Shown in pieces: positions 1 to 8,831 of a stretch of DNA of 64,000 nucleotides. The notes below the pieces were generated by a model. That model did no database searches, had not been told where the DNA came from, and worked only from the letters and a program-made list of their open reading frames with translations. The stretch comes from Frankiales bacterium (GTDB lineage Bacteria; Actinomycetota; Actinomycetes; Mycobacteriales; SCTD01). The position numbers were made by a program, and so were the translations under genes. The stretch's first letter is position 1, and each line of letters begins with the position of its first letter. The DNA lies in NCBI GenBank assembly GCA_025465135.1, contig JAODNA010000049.1, forward strand, positions 44,507 to 108,506, written 5' to 3'.

Positions 1-370
1 GGACCACGCCGTGCTCGCGGTGAAGCACGAACCGCATCACGGCGCCATCCACCACGAGCATCGAGCCGACCCACAGAGCGCCGTACATCATGTCGACGCT
101 GCGACCGAAGAAGGCGCCGGGAAGCGCTCGCTCGAGGACGGCCGGCCCGACCATGGCGGGCAGCGCGCCCGGCGGGTACTCCCAGGGGAAGTCGCGGTAG
201 GGAACGCGGCTGCCCGTCAGGGCCCCATGAGCCCAGCGGGCGTAGTAGTTCGTGTCGAAGAAGACGTTCCCCCGATGCAGGGAGAAAGCGGCAACCCCCA
301 GACCCAGCGCGATCAGCCGCGTCACGCCCCACGACGCCCAACGCGCGCGGCGATACGGCGACGCGGGCAC
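1..370 (-). CDS. Membrane glycosyltransferase, GT87/DUF2029-like (N-terminal part only; gene continues beyond window start)
   Basis: Absent from the ORF track because it runs off the edge. Reverse translation from GTG at 370 (in-frame TGA two codons upstream) gives VPASPYRRARWASWGVTRLIALGLGVAAFSLHRGNVFFDTNYYARWAHGALTGSRVPYRDFPWEYPPGALPAMVG... It has hydrophobic helices plus the PYRDF-x-EYPP loop that I recall as typical of DUF2029/PimE-type mannosyltransferases. Confidence 0.55.
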   Translation of the reverse strand, partial: MPASPYRRARWASWGVTRLIALGLGVAAFSLHRGNVFFDTNYYARWAHGALTGSRVPYRDFPWEYPPGALPAMVGPAVLERALPGAFFGRSVDMMYGALWVGSMLVVDGAVMRFVLHREHGVV

Positions 371-470
371 CAGTCAAGCCTGTCCCGGGCTCCCTGAACC
401 GCTCCTGAAGGGATCGCAGCCCCGGAACCAGGGGGCCAACGGGAGCGTTCGCGTTGCGGGGGTGAGAGAC

Positions 471-1364
471 ATGACATTGCGCTGCGGCCTGCGTTGCGTC
501 TCGGCGGCCCTCACCGTTGCGGGCCTGCTCGGCGCGGGAGCAGTCTCCGGTATGCGCGAGATACGGCCGGCTGCGCTCGCGGGGGTCTCCCGTCTCACCG
601 TCTCGGGCGTGTCAGTGGCCGGCATGGCATCCGCGTTGCGCACAGCGCCCGTGGTCCGCAGAACCGTGCGTTGGACCTCAGGGGGACGGCAGAGGGCACT
701 CATCGAGGTGGCTCCGCGGACGTCGCACGGCAGGCTGCCGCTCGTGATCGTGTTGCACGGCCGGCGCCAGACCGCGTCGCGGGCCGAGCGCACGCAGCAC
801 TGGGACCAGTTCGCCGGCGCTGGCCGTGCGGTGATCGTCTACGGCGCGGGATACGGCGGATCATGGAACGCCGGCAGCTGCTGCGGTCCCGCTCAGGGTC
901 GCCACATCGACGACGTCCGCTACCTGTTGCAGGTCATCACGAGAGAGGAGAAGCGGCCGGACGTCGACCCCCGTCGCGTGCTGCTGGTCGGCTTCTCCAA
1001 TGGCGGAATGCTGGCCTTCCGGTTCGCCTGCGAGCACCCCGGCCTGCTGAGCGGCTTGGCGGTGGTCGAGGGCTCGCTGCAGGTCCCGACCTGCCGCCCG
1101 GCCGTGCCGTTGAGCGTCCTCGACGTGGAAGGCGACCGAGACCGAGTCGTCCCCTATCTCGGGAGTCGGTTCAGCGCCTTTGCCGGCGCAGCGACGACAT
1201 CTCTCTCTGCGTCGCTTCGGCCGTGGCGCCGTCGCGATGAGCACACCAGCTGCACGGTCACCGTCATTCGTCTCCCACGCCTAGGACACGACTGGCCATC
1301 CCTGTCCCGTGGCGGCTGGGATGCGACCACCCACGTGTGGGGGTTCTTCAGCCGTCTGCGTTGA
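471..1364 (+). CDS. Secreted LpqC/PHB-depolymerase-family esterase
   Basis: Lies in ORF 252..1364. The internal ATG at 471 gives a signal-like N-terminus, MTLRCGLRCVSAALTVAGLLGAGA. Motifs are LVIVLHG, GSWNAGSCCG and GFSNGGM (GxSxG). A paralog lies at 52737..53609. Confidence 0.85.
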   Translation: MTLRCGLRCVSAALTVAGLLGAGAVSGMREIRPAALAGVSRLTVSGVSVAGMASALRTAPVVRRTVRWTSGGRQRALIEVAPRTSHGRLPLVIVLHGRRQTASRAERTQHWDQFAGAGRAVIVYGAGYGGSWNAGSCCGPAQGRHIDDVRYLLQVITREEKRPDVDPRRVLLVGFSNGGMLAFRFACEHPGLLSGLAVVEGSLQVPTCRPAVPLSVLDVEGDRDRVVPYLGSRFSAFAGAATTSLSASLRPWRRRDEHTSCTVTVIRLPRLGHDWPSLSRGGWDATTHVWGFFSRLR

Positions 1365-2133
1365 CTCGTCGTCGAAGCGCCTCGTGCTCAGCAACGTCGA
1401 GAGGCTCCAGCTCCCCGACAGCTACGCCGAGGGCACGAGCCGTGATCAGGTCTGCGAGGGCCGGGTTGCGGGCGAGCACTGGCCCGTGCAGGTAGGTCCC
1501 GATGATGCGGTCGGTGACGGCCCCTTCGCTCGCGCGTGCCCGGCCGGAGCTCGGGCCGTTCCCGACGCCGCGCCGCACCGTGGCGAGGGGTCGCGTCGTC
1601 GATCCCAGGACCGTGTGGCCGCCGTGGTTCTCGAAGCCTGACAGCGGCGGGAGCGCGAGGCTCGGTTCCGGGTCGGCGAGGAGCTCACCCACTGCTCGTC
1701 GGCCGAGGCGCGACGTACGGAGGTCGAGCAGCCCGAGACCAGGGGTCTGCGTGCCGCTGCCGTCCAGGAACCACTCGCCGAGAATCTGCAGGCCCGCGCA
1801 CACCGCGAGCAGCTGAGCGCCCTGCTCCACGGCTACCGCCAGCGGCGAGGCCTCGCGCCCGCTGCCTTGCAATGCGGACATGGCAGCGAGCTGGGAACCG
1901 TCCTCCCCGCCGCCGAGGACGTAGATGTCGCCGCTGGTCGGGATCGTGTCTTCTGCGGATACGGAAACCACGTCGACGCGCTGCCCTCGCCAGCGGGCGC
2001 GCTGCGCCAGCACCAGCACGTTGCCGCCGTCGCCGTACGTCCCGAGCAAGGAAGGGAACAACGACACGATGCGGAGCGCGGATGTCCCGCGGCGAACACC
2101 GGCCACGGTCAGGGCACCGCCAATCGCCGGCAC
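1348..2133 (-). CDS. gatD: Lipid II isoglutaminyl synthase, glutamine amidotransferase subunit GatD (CobQ/CobB-type GATase)
   Basis: Motifs are LAVCAGLQILG (nucleophile Cys) and YLHGPVLARNP (His). It lies immediately downstream of murT. The start is uncertain: ATG 2133 overlaps murT by 25 nt, while an in-frame GTG at 2106 lies 2 nt after the murT stop. Confidence 0.85.
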   Translation of the reverse strand: MPAIGGALTVAGVRRGTSALRIVSLFPSLLGTYGDGGNVLVLAQRARWRGQRVDVVSVSAEDTIPTSGDIYVLGGGEDGSQLAAMSALQGSGREASPLAVAVEQGAQLLAVCAGLQILGEWFLDGSGTQTPGLGLLDLRTSRLGRRAVGELLADPEPSLALPPLSGFENHGGHTVLGSTTRPLATVRRGVGNGPSSGRARASEGAVTDRIIGTYLHGPVLARNPALADLITARALGVAVGELEPLDVAEHEALRRRVNADG

Positions 2134-3491
2134 AGCGCAGTGAAAGCGGTGTAGTTGGCCAGCAGATCGACGCGGCGTCCGAGAGCTGCCGTGTCGATGC
2201 GAGACACGGCGTCGAGCGGATCGGTCGCGAGCGTGTAAGCGACCTCGGCATAGCGCAGCCTGACTGCGAGGTCCTCAGCCCGCTCGCCCGAGACGTACAC
2301 GACCCGATCGGCGAGCTGCTCGAAGGGCACGTCCCAGATCCAGGACGTGTCCTTGCCGTCCGGTCCTTGCGCGTTCAACGCGAGCACGACCGGTCCGGGC
2401 GGTCCAGGGGGCGCTTCCTCGACTCCGAGGGCGAGCATCTCCTGCCAGCCGGCCGGGTTCTTTGCGAGCAACAACCGGACGGGTACGCCGGCAACGTCCA
2501 CGGACGCGTACCGGCCGCCGATCGAGTCGAGCCGTCGCATCGGGGGCAGGGCGCTGTCGACCGGGATTCCGAGCTGTGCTGCAGCTGCCGCAGCCATCAC
2601 GGCATTGGCCCGGTTCGCGCGACCGGGCAGGGACAGCTCCAGCGCGCGCTCGATGCGCTGTGGCCCGACGAGCGTGTCGCCCGCCAGGTGCCACGTCGGC
2701 TCGGGCTGCGCGAAGTCGCAGTATCGGCAGGCGAAGCGCGGACCGAGATCCCATGGTCGGGAGCAGCGGGGGCAGGCGGCGGCGTCAGCAGACCAGGGCT
2801 GGCCGGCGGAGACCCAGATCACCGGGAGAACGGGTGCCGACCCCGGACCGGGCAGCACGGCGGCCACGACCATGGGGTCGTCGACGTTCGCCACCACGAC
2901 CGGCGCCGGGACCCGCGACACCTCGGCCTCGGCTGCCGCCCGCCCCAGCAGCTGCTGCCAGACGCCGACCAGCACACGTACCTCTGTCATTCGATCGAGC
3001 TGATCACGAGAGAGATTGCAGAGCACGAACAGATCCGGGTGGATGTCGCCTGCCACCGGATCGAGCGCCAGCTCATCGACCTCGAACACGCAGGTCGCGA
3101 GCCGACGCCGAGGATCGGTCATCAGGGCTGTCAGGACCCCGCGGGCAAGGTTCGAGCCGTCTTCGTTGGACAGCACCGGACCGGTGGAACGCAGTGCTGC
3201 GGTGAGCATCCTGGTCGTCGTCGTCTTGCCGTTCGTCCCGGAGACGACGGCGATCCGTCGTCCTGCTCCCAGCGAGGCGAGCAGGCCGGGAGCGACACGT
3301 CCGGCGACCTTCCCCGGCAGCGTCGCCCCGGCGCCGCGCCCGGTGGCTCTCGACGCCGAGGCGGCGGCCCGACCCGCCAGCAGAGCCAGCCACTCCCGCC
3401 CACCGAGGGCCTTCACGCCGCCTACCTGGAGACGGTCGCGATGGAGGACCTGCACGTTGTTGCCATGACCGTCTCCCGTCGCGAGCTCCAT
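2109..3491 (-). CDS. murT: Lipid II isoglutaminyl synthase, Mur-ligase-like subunit MurT
   Basis: It has the P-loop VVSGTNGKTTTTRML, the Cys4 ribbon CPRCSRPW...CRYCDF and the C-terminal GRYASVDVAGVPVRLLLAKNPAGW (DUF1727-like). It pairs with gatD. The start could be an internal GTG (3455 or 3416). Confidence 0.9.
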   Translation of the reverse strand: MELATGDGHGNNVQVLHRDRLQVGGVKALGGREWLALLAGRAAASASRATGRGAGATLPGKVAGRVAPGLLASLGAGRRIAVVSGTNGKTTTTRMLTAALRSTGPVLSNEDGSNLARGVLTALMTDPRRRLATCVFEVDELALDPVAGDIHPDLFVLCNLSRDQLDRMTEVRVLVGVWQQLLGRAAAEAEVSRVPAPVVVANVDDPMVVAAVLPGPGSAPVLPVIWVSAGQPWSADAAACPRCSRPWDLGPRFACRYCDFAQPEPTWHLAGDTLVGPQRIERALELSLPGRANRANAVMAAAAAAQLGIPVDSALPPMRRLDSIGGRYASVDVAGVPVRLLLAKNPAGWQEMLALGVEEAPPGPPGPVVLALNAQGPDGKDTSWIWDVPFEQLADRVVYVSGERAEDLAVRLRYAEVAYTLATDPLDAVSRIDTAALGRRVDLLANYTAFTALCRRLAVP

Positions 3492-3602
3492 GGACAGAGT
3501 GGCAGCACCTGCTCGGGAGGAACGCTTGTCGCCGGCCTGCGTGCCCGGCCGAGGGCGGTTGCTCAGGTTGCGTTCAGGGCCCGGGGCGCCAGCGCCCCGG
3601 CA

Positions 3603-4805
3603 CTATCGCGTGAATCGCACTCCGTGCGCCTTCAGCCATGCAACCGGGTCAACGGGCTGGTCCTGCACGTGGACCTCAGCGTGCAGGTGCGGGCCGGTGC
3701 TCTCCCCCTCATCGCCCACGAGCGCGATTACCTGTCCGGCGCGGACCGGCCCCGACGTCACGAGGATCTGCGACACGTGCCCGTAGACGGTCGACACGCC
3801 GCCGGGATGGGAAAGCACGATCTCGTTCCCGAACCCCGACGCCGCTCCGGCGTAGAGCACCTGCCCGGCGCTCATGGCGTAGACCGGTGCGCCCAGCGGC
3901 GCGCCGATGTCGATGCCGTTGTGGAACTCGGGCAGCTGCGTGATCGGGTGTATGCGCATGCCGAAGGGGGACGTGATCGGACCGATGGCAGGCGGCACCC
4001 ACCCGGCGTCGGGTGAGGCGTCGGACAAGACCGACTCGACCAGGAGGTCGCCGCCAAGCGCGTGCTGCAGCACGGCCGCGACGATCGCGGGGTCAGTCTC
4101 CGGTACGGCAAGGATGAGCCCGGTCCGCGGCCGCAGCCCCAACCGGTCGCCCACGGCGCGGTTGACGACCAGTCCGACGCCCGGCAGCTGGGTGGTGGCG
4201 AAAGCACCGATCCGCAGCCGCACGGCCGAGCGCCGTCCGCGGACGAGCACAGTTCCACCCAGAGGAACGGCATTTGCCTTGGCGACAAGGTGCGCCACGA
4301 CCCCCTCACCGATGGCTGCGCGCTGCCACACCCCGGTCGCGCGGCCCGTGGCCGCCGGCGTCCAGACCCGCGTCTTGACGGGGTCAGCAGCGAGCGCGCG
4401 GGTCCGCCCGTGCCCGAGGTCGACATCACCGACGGCGACGACGAGGCTCGCGTTGGCATGCGCAAGAGACACCGCGCGGCGGACCAGGGCATCTGGCAGG
4501 GACTGGTCGCTCGTGACGAGCACGGCCGCTTGGATCAACGCACGGAGCGGCGGAAGACTCGGCAGCAGCACGGCGCGGCGCGTCGGCAAGAGCCCGCGGT
4601 CGGCCGCGGGTGCCGACGCGGGCGTCTCGGGCACGGCGGCTGGCCGCGCTGACGTCGTCCGCAGGTCGGCAGCGCCCACCACAACAAGGATCAGCAGGCT
4701 GAGGCTCAGGCCCACCGCCGAGACGTTGGCTCGCGTGAAGTGTCGATGAGAGCGCGCCACGCGAGCGAGCAGCGCGCTGAGCCGCACGACGCCTCGCCTT
4801 CCCAC
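3603..4805 (-). CDS. M23-family peptidoglycan metalloendopeptidase, membrane anchored
   Basis: The N-terminal TM is VGLSLSLLILVVVGA. The C-terminal LytM signature is FHNGIDIGAPLGAPVYA...GFGNEIVLSH...VYGH...TGPHLHAEV (HxxxD and HxH). Confidence 0.9.
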   Translation of the reverse strand: MGRRGVVRLSALLARVARSHRHFTRANVSAVGLSLSLLILVVVGAADLRTTSARPAAVPETPASAPAADRGLLPTRRAVLLPSLPPLRALIQAAVLVTSDQSLPDALVRRAVSLAHANASLVVAVGDVDLGHGRTRALAADPVKTRVWTPAATGRATGVWQRAAIGEGVVAHLVAKANAVPLGGTVLVRGRRSAVRLRIGAFATTQLPGVGLVVNRAVGDRLGLRPRTGLILAVPETDPAIVAAVLQHALGGDLLVESVLSDASPDAGWVPPAIGPITSPFGMRIHPITQLPEFHNGIDIGAPLGAPVYAMSAGQVLYAGAASGFGNEIVLSHPGGVSTVYGHVSQILVTSGPVRAGQVIALVGDEGESTGPHLHAEVHVQDQPVDPVAWLKAHGVRFTR

Positions 4806-4928
4806 GCCATGAATCGGTCACCAAGGACGCTCGTCGGCGTACCGAGCCCCCGCTACCCGCGCCCTCGCAAGGGTAGATGTCGCCGGGCAGCAGACGCCGT
4901 GACAGCGACTCACTGCTGGCGAGAGTCG

Positions 4929-6962
4929 TCAGCCTGCGTGATAGCCGACGACGTCGGCGACGAGCTGGGTCTTTGCGCCGTACACCGTGAGTGTGAGCTG
5001 CCCGTTGCGGATCGCAGAGATCGCGAGACCGGTGGTGTTGAGACCGGGCAGGAAGTTCAGGGAAGTCGTTGTGGGCGTGGTTCCTGGGGCCGACAGCCGC
5101 AGATATCCCTTCCCGGCCCCCGACACGACGGAGATGTCGATCACGACCCCCGTGGCTGAGGCGGGGACGCTGGCCGGCAGGGACACCGTGACGGGGCCGC
5201 TTCCGGGGCCGGTGGCGCCCATGCCGCCGCGGGTGTCGAGGAAGCGCTGAGGAGTGATGGCCACATAGGCGCTGCTGCTCGTCGAGCCTGCGTCGTAGAA
5301 GCCGACGACGTCCAGCACCAGCTGCGTCGGGTTGCCGGCGATGGAGACGGTCAGCGACCGGTTGTTGGTCCTGGTCATGGCAAGAGCTGTGACGGACTGA
5401 CCGCCCGTGTAGTTCAGCGCCGTCGTGGTCGGGGTGGTGCCCGTAGGGGCGATCCGGAGGTAGCCGTCGCCGCTCGGCTCGACGACCGAGACGTCGAGGA
5501 CGACACCGGCCGCGTCGGCAGGGACGCTGCTCGGCACCTGGACCGTGACATCGCCGGTGCGCGGTCCGCTGGTCGTCCCCTTGCCGGCGCGGGTGTCCAC
5601 GAAACGGACCGGCGCCAGCGGCACGTAGTGACCGCCGGAGCCGCTGGCAGCGGTGTAGTAGCCGACCAGGTCGACCACGAGCTGGCTCGAGGATGTGTAG
5701 AGGGTGAGGGTGACCCGCCGCTGCGCGTCCATCAGTGTGACGACAAGGCCGGTGACGGACTGGCCGGTGGCGAAGTTCAGCGCAGTAGTGCTCGGCTGGG
5801 CGCCGGCCGCGGACGCCCGCAGGAAGCCGGTGTGGGTCGGCCCGATGACCGAGACGTTGAGGACCACTCCGGTCGCGTCGGTGGGTACCTGGGCCGGCAC
5901 GCTGACCGTGAGCTTGCTCGTCCGACCGCTGCGGGCGCCGATGCCGCTGCGCGTGTCGACGAAGCGGACCGGGTCAACCCCGACGTACCGGCTGTTGCGT
6001 GGCGCGGTGCGCAGGTCTGCACTCGGCGGGTTGTCGTCGGGGCTGCTCGTGCCCGGACCCCACGAGCCGCTGGAGCCGCCGGTCGGCTGCGGCGTCGGGG
6101 AGGACGGCGTCCCCGACGGGCTCGGGTCGGCGGCCGCGGCGGAAGACGGGCTGGGGGTCGGCGGGGTTGTCGGCCCCGCCGCCGGCGTGGGCGTCGGCGT
6201 GCCAGGCGCGGTCGGTCCGGGTGTCGGCTGTGGGGGCGGGCCGAGGGCGAGGTCCGAGAGCCGCTGCGGGTCGCCGTGGAACTGGTCGACGTCGGTCGAG
6301 CCGCTGCTGGAGATCCCGTCGACAGATCCGCTTGAGGTGTACTGCCAGAACGTCCACGTCGGCCAGGTGAGCGAGGTGGGCGCGCTGACCCCGTAGTTCG
6401 CGATCCACAGGGGGTAGCCGGTGAAGGCGGCGCTGTTGCCCATCGAGTGCTGCCAGAAGTACGGGTACGTGTAGATCATCGGCGTACGACCCGTGAGGTT
6501 CTGCAGGGTCGTGAGGAAGGTGGTCGTCCAGTTCTCCAAGGCCGCGGCGGTCAGCCCGCCGTTCTCCTCGAGGTCGAGCGTCGGCGGCAGCGTTCCCGGG
6601 ACGTTCTGCGCGCCGATGGCACCCGCGAACGCCTGCGCCTGGCTCTGCGCCGTCGTGATGTCGGACGAGGGCCGGGCGTAGTGGTAGGCGCCGTGGATCA
6701 GGCCGGCGGACGCGGAGTCCTGCCAGTCGGGGCCGAAGTAGGGATTCGTGTACGTCGTGCCTTCGGTGGCCTTGATGAAGGTGAACTGGTCGCCGGCGTC
6801 GTGGACCCGGTGCCAGTCGATCGCCGCCCCACTGGGGTGCTGGTAGCTGGCAACGTCGGGGCCCTCGGGACCGAAGCTGCCTGCGACAGCCCGACCGGCG
6901 GGAAGGGCGAGCACCGTCCCGACGACAGCCGCCACCAAGCCAACGAGAAGCCGGGGGGACAT
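4929..6962 (-). CDS. Secreted GH25 muramidase with Pro-rich linker and three tandem C-terminal repeats
   Basis: GH25 motifs are GPDVASYQHPSGAAIDW, FTFIKATEGTTYTNPYF and GAYHYARP. ATG 6962 gives the signal peptide MSPRLLVGLVAAVVGTVLALPAGRAVA; the longest ORF starts at GTG 6989. A P/T/S linker follows, then three repeats of about 115 aa. Confidence 0.9.
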   Translation of the reverse strand: MSPRLLVGLVAAVVGTVLALPAGRAVAGSFGPEGPDVASYQHPSGAAIDWHRVHDAGDQFTFIKATEGTTYTNPYFGPDWQDSASAGLIHGAYHYARPSSDITTAQSQAQAFAGAIGAQNVPGTLPPTLDLEENGGLTAAALENWTTTFLTTLQNLTGRTPMIYTYPYFWQHSMGNSAAFTGYPLWIANYGVSAPTSLTWPTWTFWQYTSSGSVDGISSSGSTDVDQFHGDPQRLSDLALGPPPQPTPGPTAPGTPTPTPAAGPTTPPTPSPSSAAAADPSPSGTPSSPTPQPTGGSSGSWGPGTSSPDDNPPSADLRTAPRNSRYVGVDPVRFVDTRSGIGARSGRTSKLTVSVPAQVPTDATGVVLNVSVIGPTHTGFLRASAAGAQPSTTALNFATGQSVTGLVVTLMDAQRRVTLTLYTSSSQLVVDLVGYYTAASGSGGHYVPLAPVRFVDTRAGKGTTSGPRTGDVTVQVPSSVPADAAGVVLDVSVVEPSGDGYLRIAPTGTTPTTTALNYTGGQSVTALAMTRTNNRSLTVSIAGNPTQLVLDVVGFYDAGSTSSSAYVAITPQRFLDTRGGMGATGPGSGPVTVSLPASVPASATGVVIDISVVSGAGKGYLRLSAPGTTPTTTSLNFLPGLNTTGLAISAIRNGQLTLTVYGAKTQLVADVVGYHAG
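4932..5987 (-). repeat. Three tandem in-frame domain repeats (about 360, 360 and 336 nt) inside the GH25 gene
   Basis: Repeat starts are YVGVDPVRFVDTR (aa 335), YVPLAPVRFVDTR (aa 455) and YVAITPQRFLDTR (aa 575). Each repeat contains GVVL(N/D)VSV..., G(F/Y)LR..., TT(A/S)LN(F/Y) and ...LV(V/L/A)D(L/V)VG(Y/F)(Y/H). Nucleotide spans are 5987-5628, 5627-5268 and 5267-4932. Confidence 0.8.
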
Positions 6963-7153
6963 CGACCGACGGTAAGCCCGGGACTCCACTTCTCTGGGGA
7001 TTTGGGATGCTGCGAACCTGCGGTGTCGGGCGTCGCGACCCGCCCCTCGAAGTCGGCTCTCAGGTAACGGTCAGTTGCTGCCCTCGGACGCGGGGCACGC
7101 TTGGCTCTCCCATGAGGAACGGAACCCGCCGTGGAGCTGGCTGACTTCATGCC

Positions 7154-8794
7154 GTGGTCGCTGGTCGCGGCCGGGCTGCTGTGGGTCCTGACGGCCATGC
7201 GCCGGGGGTGGTGACCGCTCCGGTCCCGGGGGAAGCCGTCCCGGCACGGCGCTGGCCGTGGCGAGCCGATTCGGCCTTTCTCGTGGCGGGCGTCCTCGAG
7301 CTCATCTACCTGGCAGTGCGCCCACAGGCGCCGGACCTGCCGGCACAGCTCGCACGAGCAAGCGCCGTGTCCCGCGGCGTGCAGCTGTGGTGGGCCGGCT
7401 GGTACGGCGGGATCAACACCTCCACGTACAGCCTCATCTCCGCGCACCTGATGAGCGCCCTCGGCGTGAGCGTGGTGGGGGTGGTGGCGACCGCCGCGAT
7501 CTGCCTCTTCGGCGCCGACCTGGTCCGACCCACCGAGCGCCCGCGAGCGGGTGCGGTCGCCGTCGCGGTCGCCGCCTGCGCGAACCTCTACTCCGGTCGC
7601 ATCACCTTCGCGGCCGGCATGGCGATCTGTCTCGCGAGCTTCTGCGCCTTCCGCCGCGGCCACGTGCGCGCAGCAGTCGTGCTGTCACTGTGCACGGGCT
7701 TCGTGAGTCCCCTTGCCGCCCTGTGTCAGCTCGTGGGCCTCACGGCGCTCCTGCTGACCGGCGGCCCCCGGGCGCGGCTCGTGTCGATGAGCGTGGCGTG
7801 CCTGCTGCCGGTCGCCGTCATCTCGCTGGTGTTCGGCCAGCCGTCGTACATGCCGTTCAGTGCCGACACCTGCGTGTTCGCGTTGCTCGCCTGCGCGGGC
7901 GTGGCTCTGGCGCCGGTACCGCGCCTGGTGCGAGCCTTGGCTCTTGTCTCTGCGGTGCTGGCGATCGTTGCCGTCGCCGTCCACTCCCCGGTCGGGAGCA
8001 ACGCCGCACGGATGCCCATGCTCGCTGCCGCCCCCCTGGTTGTCGCGACCGCCCGTCGTGGCACGCAGCACGCCAAGGTGCTCGTCGTCGGTCTGCTGGT
8101 CTGGCCGCTGATCAGCTTCTCCAGCGACATGGCGATCGCAGCTCAACCCAGCAGTCACGCCTCCTTCTACTCGCCGCTGCTGCGGCAGCTCCCCCCGGCG
8201 GGTACCTCCTTGCAGCGCCTGGAGGTCCTGGATCCACGCAGTCACGGAGCCGCGTTCTACCTGTCCAGGCAGGTACCTCTTGCCCGCGGCTGGGAGCGGC
8301 AGATCGACGCAGCCAGCAATCCGATCTTCTACGTCGGACCGCTCACCGCGGCGACGTACCGTGCGTGGCTGGTGACCCACGCCGTGGGCTGGGTCGCCGT
8401 CCCCGACGGAGCGCTCGACTACAGCGCGCTCGCCGAGAAGGCCCTGGTCACCCGCGGCCTCCCCTACCTGCACCAGACGTGGTCCGATCAGCACTGGCGG
8501 CTGTACCGCGTCACGGCAGCCGCGCCCGTTGCAACCGGGGTGCTGAGCGCCACCGGGCTCACGGACACCGGCGTCGAGCTCGAGGCCCGGTCGGCCGGTA
8601 GCGGCGCGGTGCGCGTGCCCTACAGCAGGTTGCTCACGGCCCGGTCGACGAACGACCCGCGTGTGCTCGGGTGCGTCTCACCAAGCCCGAGCGGCGACGT
8701 GGTCATCACGGTGCCCGCCGCCGGACCGTACGTGCTGCACGCAGAGGTCGGCGCGTTGGCGCGGTCATGTGCATCGCCCGGGGGCCCGCAGTGA
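7154..8794 (+). CDS. Polytopic integral membrane protein with C-terminal soluble domain (possible GT-C-like enzyme; function unknown)
   Basis: 546-aa ORF with many hydrophobic segments (e.g. FLVAGVLELIYLAV, VVGVVATAAICLFGA, LLACAGVALAPV, VLAIVAVAV). It has a non-hydrophobic C-terminal part of about 200 aa (PLARGWERQIDAASNPIFY...). It is divergent from the GH25 gene. The start is uncertain. Confidence 0.7.
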   Translation: MVAGRGRAAVGPDGHAPGVVTAPVPGEAVPARRWPWRADSAFLVAGVLELIYLAVRPQAPDLPAQLARASAVSRGVQLWWAGWYGGINTSTYSLISAHLMSALGVSVVGVVATAAICLFGADLVRPTERPRAGAVAVAVAACANLYSGRITFAAGMAICLASFCAFRRGHVRAAVVLSLCTGFVSPLAALCQLVGLTALLLTGGPRARLVSMSVACLLPVAVISLVFGQPSYMPFSADTCVFALLACAGVALAPVPRLVRALALVSAVLAIVAVAVHSPVGSNAARMPMLAAAPLVVATARRGTQHAKVLVVGLLVWPLISFSSDMAIAAQPSSHASFYSPLLRQLPPAGTSLQRLEVLDPRSHGAAFYLSRQVPLARGWERQIDAASNPIFYVGPLTAATYRAWLVTHAVGWVAVPDGALDYSALAEKALVTRGLPYLHQTWSDQHWRLYRVTAAAPVATGVLSATGLTDTGVELEARSAGSGAVRVPYSRLLTARSTNDPRVLGCVSPSPSGDVVITVPAAGPYVLHAEVGALARSCASPGGPQ

Positions 8795-8831
8795 GGCGGC
8801 GCGGACGCGACGCCGTCAGCCTGTCCGTGCA

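Noticed and set aside
1536-4016. 826-aa plus-strand ORF spanning gatD, murT and part of the M23 gene
   Set aside because: The translation is Arg/Pro/Gly/Ala low-complexity with no motifs. The opposite strand encodes GatD, MurT and M23 with clear catalytic signatures. This is a typical shadow ORF in high-GC DNA. The same reasoning rejects other long alternative-frame or antisense ORFs: 25627-27156(+), 41503-42903(-), 44371-45942(+), 45254-46312(-), 48875-50854(+), 52380-53864(-), 58585-60396(+), 60672-61961(+) and 39456-40538(-).
6963-7153. Possible cyclic-di-AMP (ydaO-type) riboswitch in the long leader of the GH25 muramidase gene
   Set aside because: Such riboswitches precede wall hydrolase genes in actinomycetes. 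However, the leader lacks the conserved blocks I recall from the B. subtilis ydaO element (…GGGGACCCA…, …CAGCUAACCUCGUAAGCG…). Only a small hairpin (GGGCG-N8-CGCCC) and a GAGAGCC direct repeat are visible. An Infernal scan would settle it.
7149-7214. 21-codon ORF MPWSLVAAGLLWVLTAMRRGW* overlapping the start of the 7154 membrane-protein gene in another frame (possible frameshifted true N-terminus)
   Set aside because: It looks like a TM helix. However, there is no evidence for a frameshift. The downstream frame has its own candidate GTG starts, and short hydrophobic ORFs arise easily by chance in GC-rich sequence.
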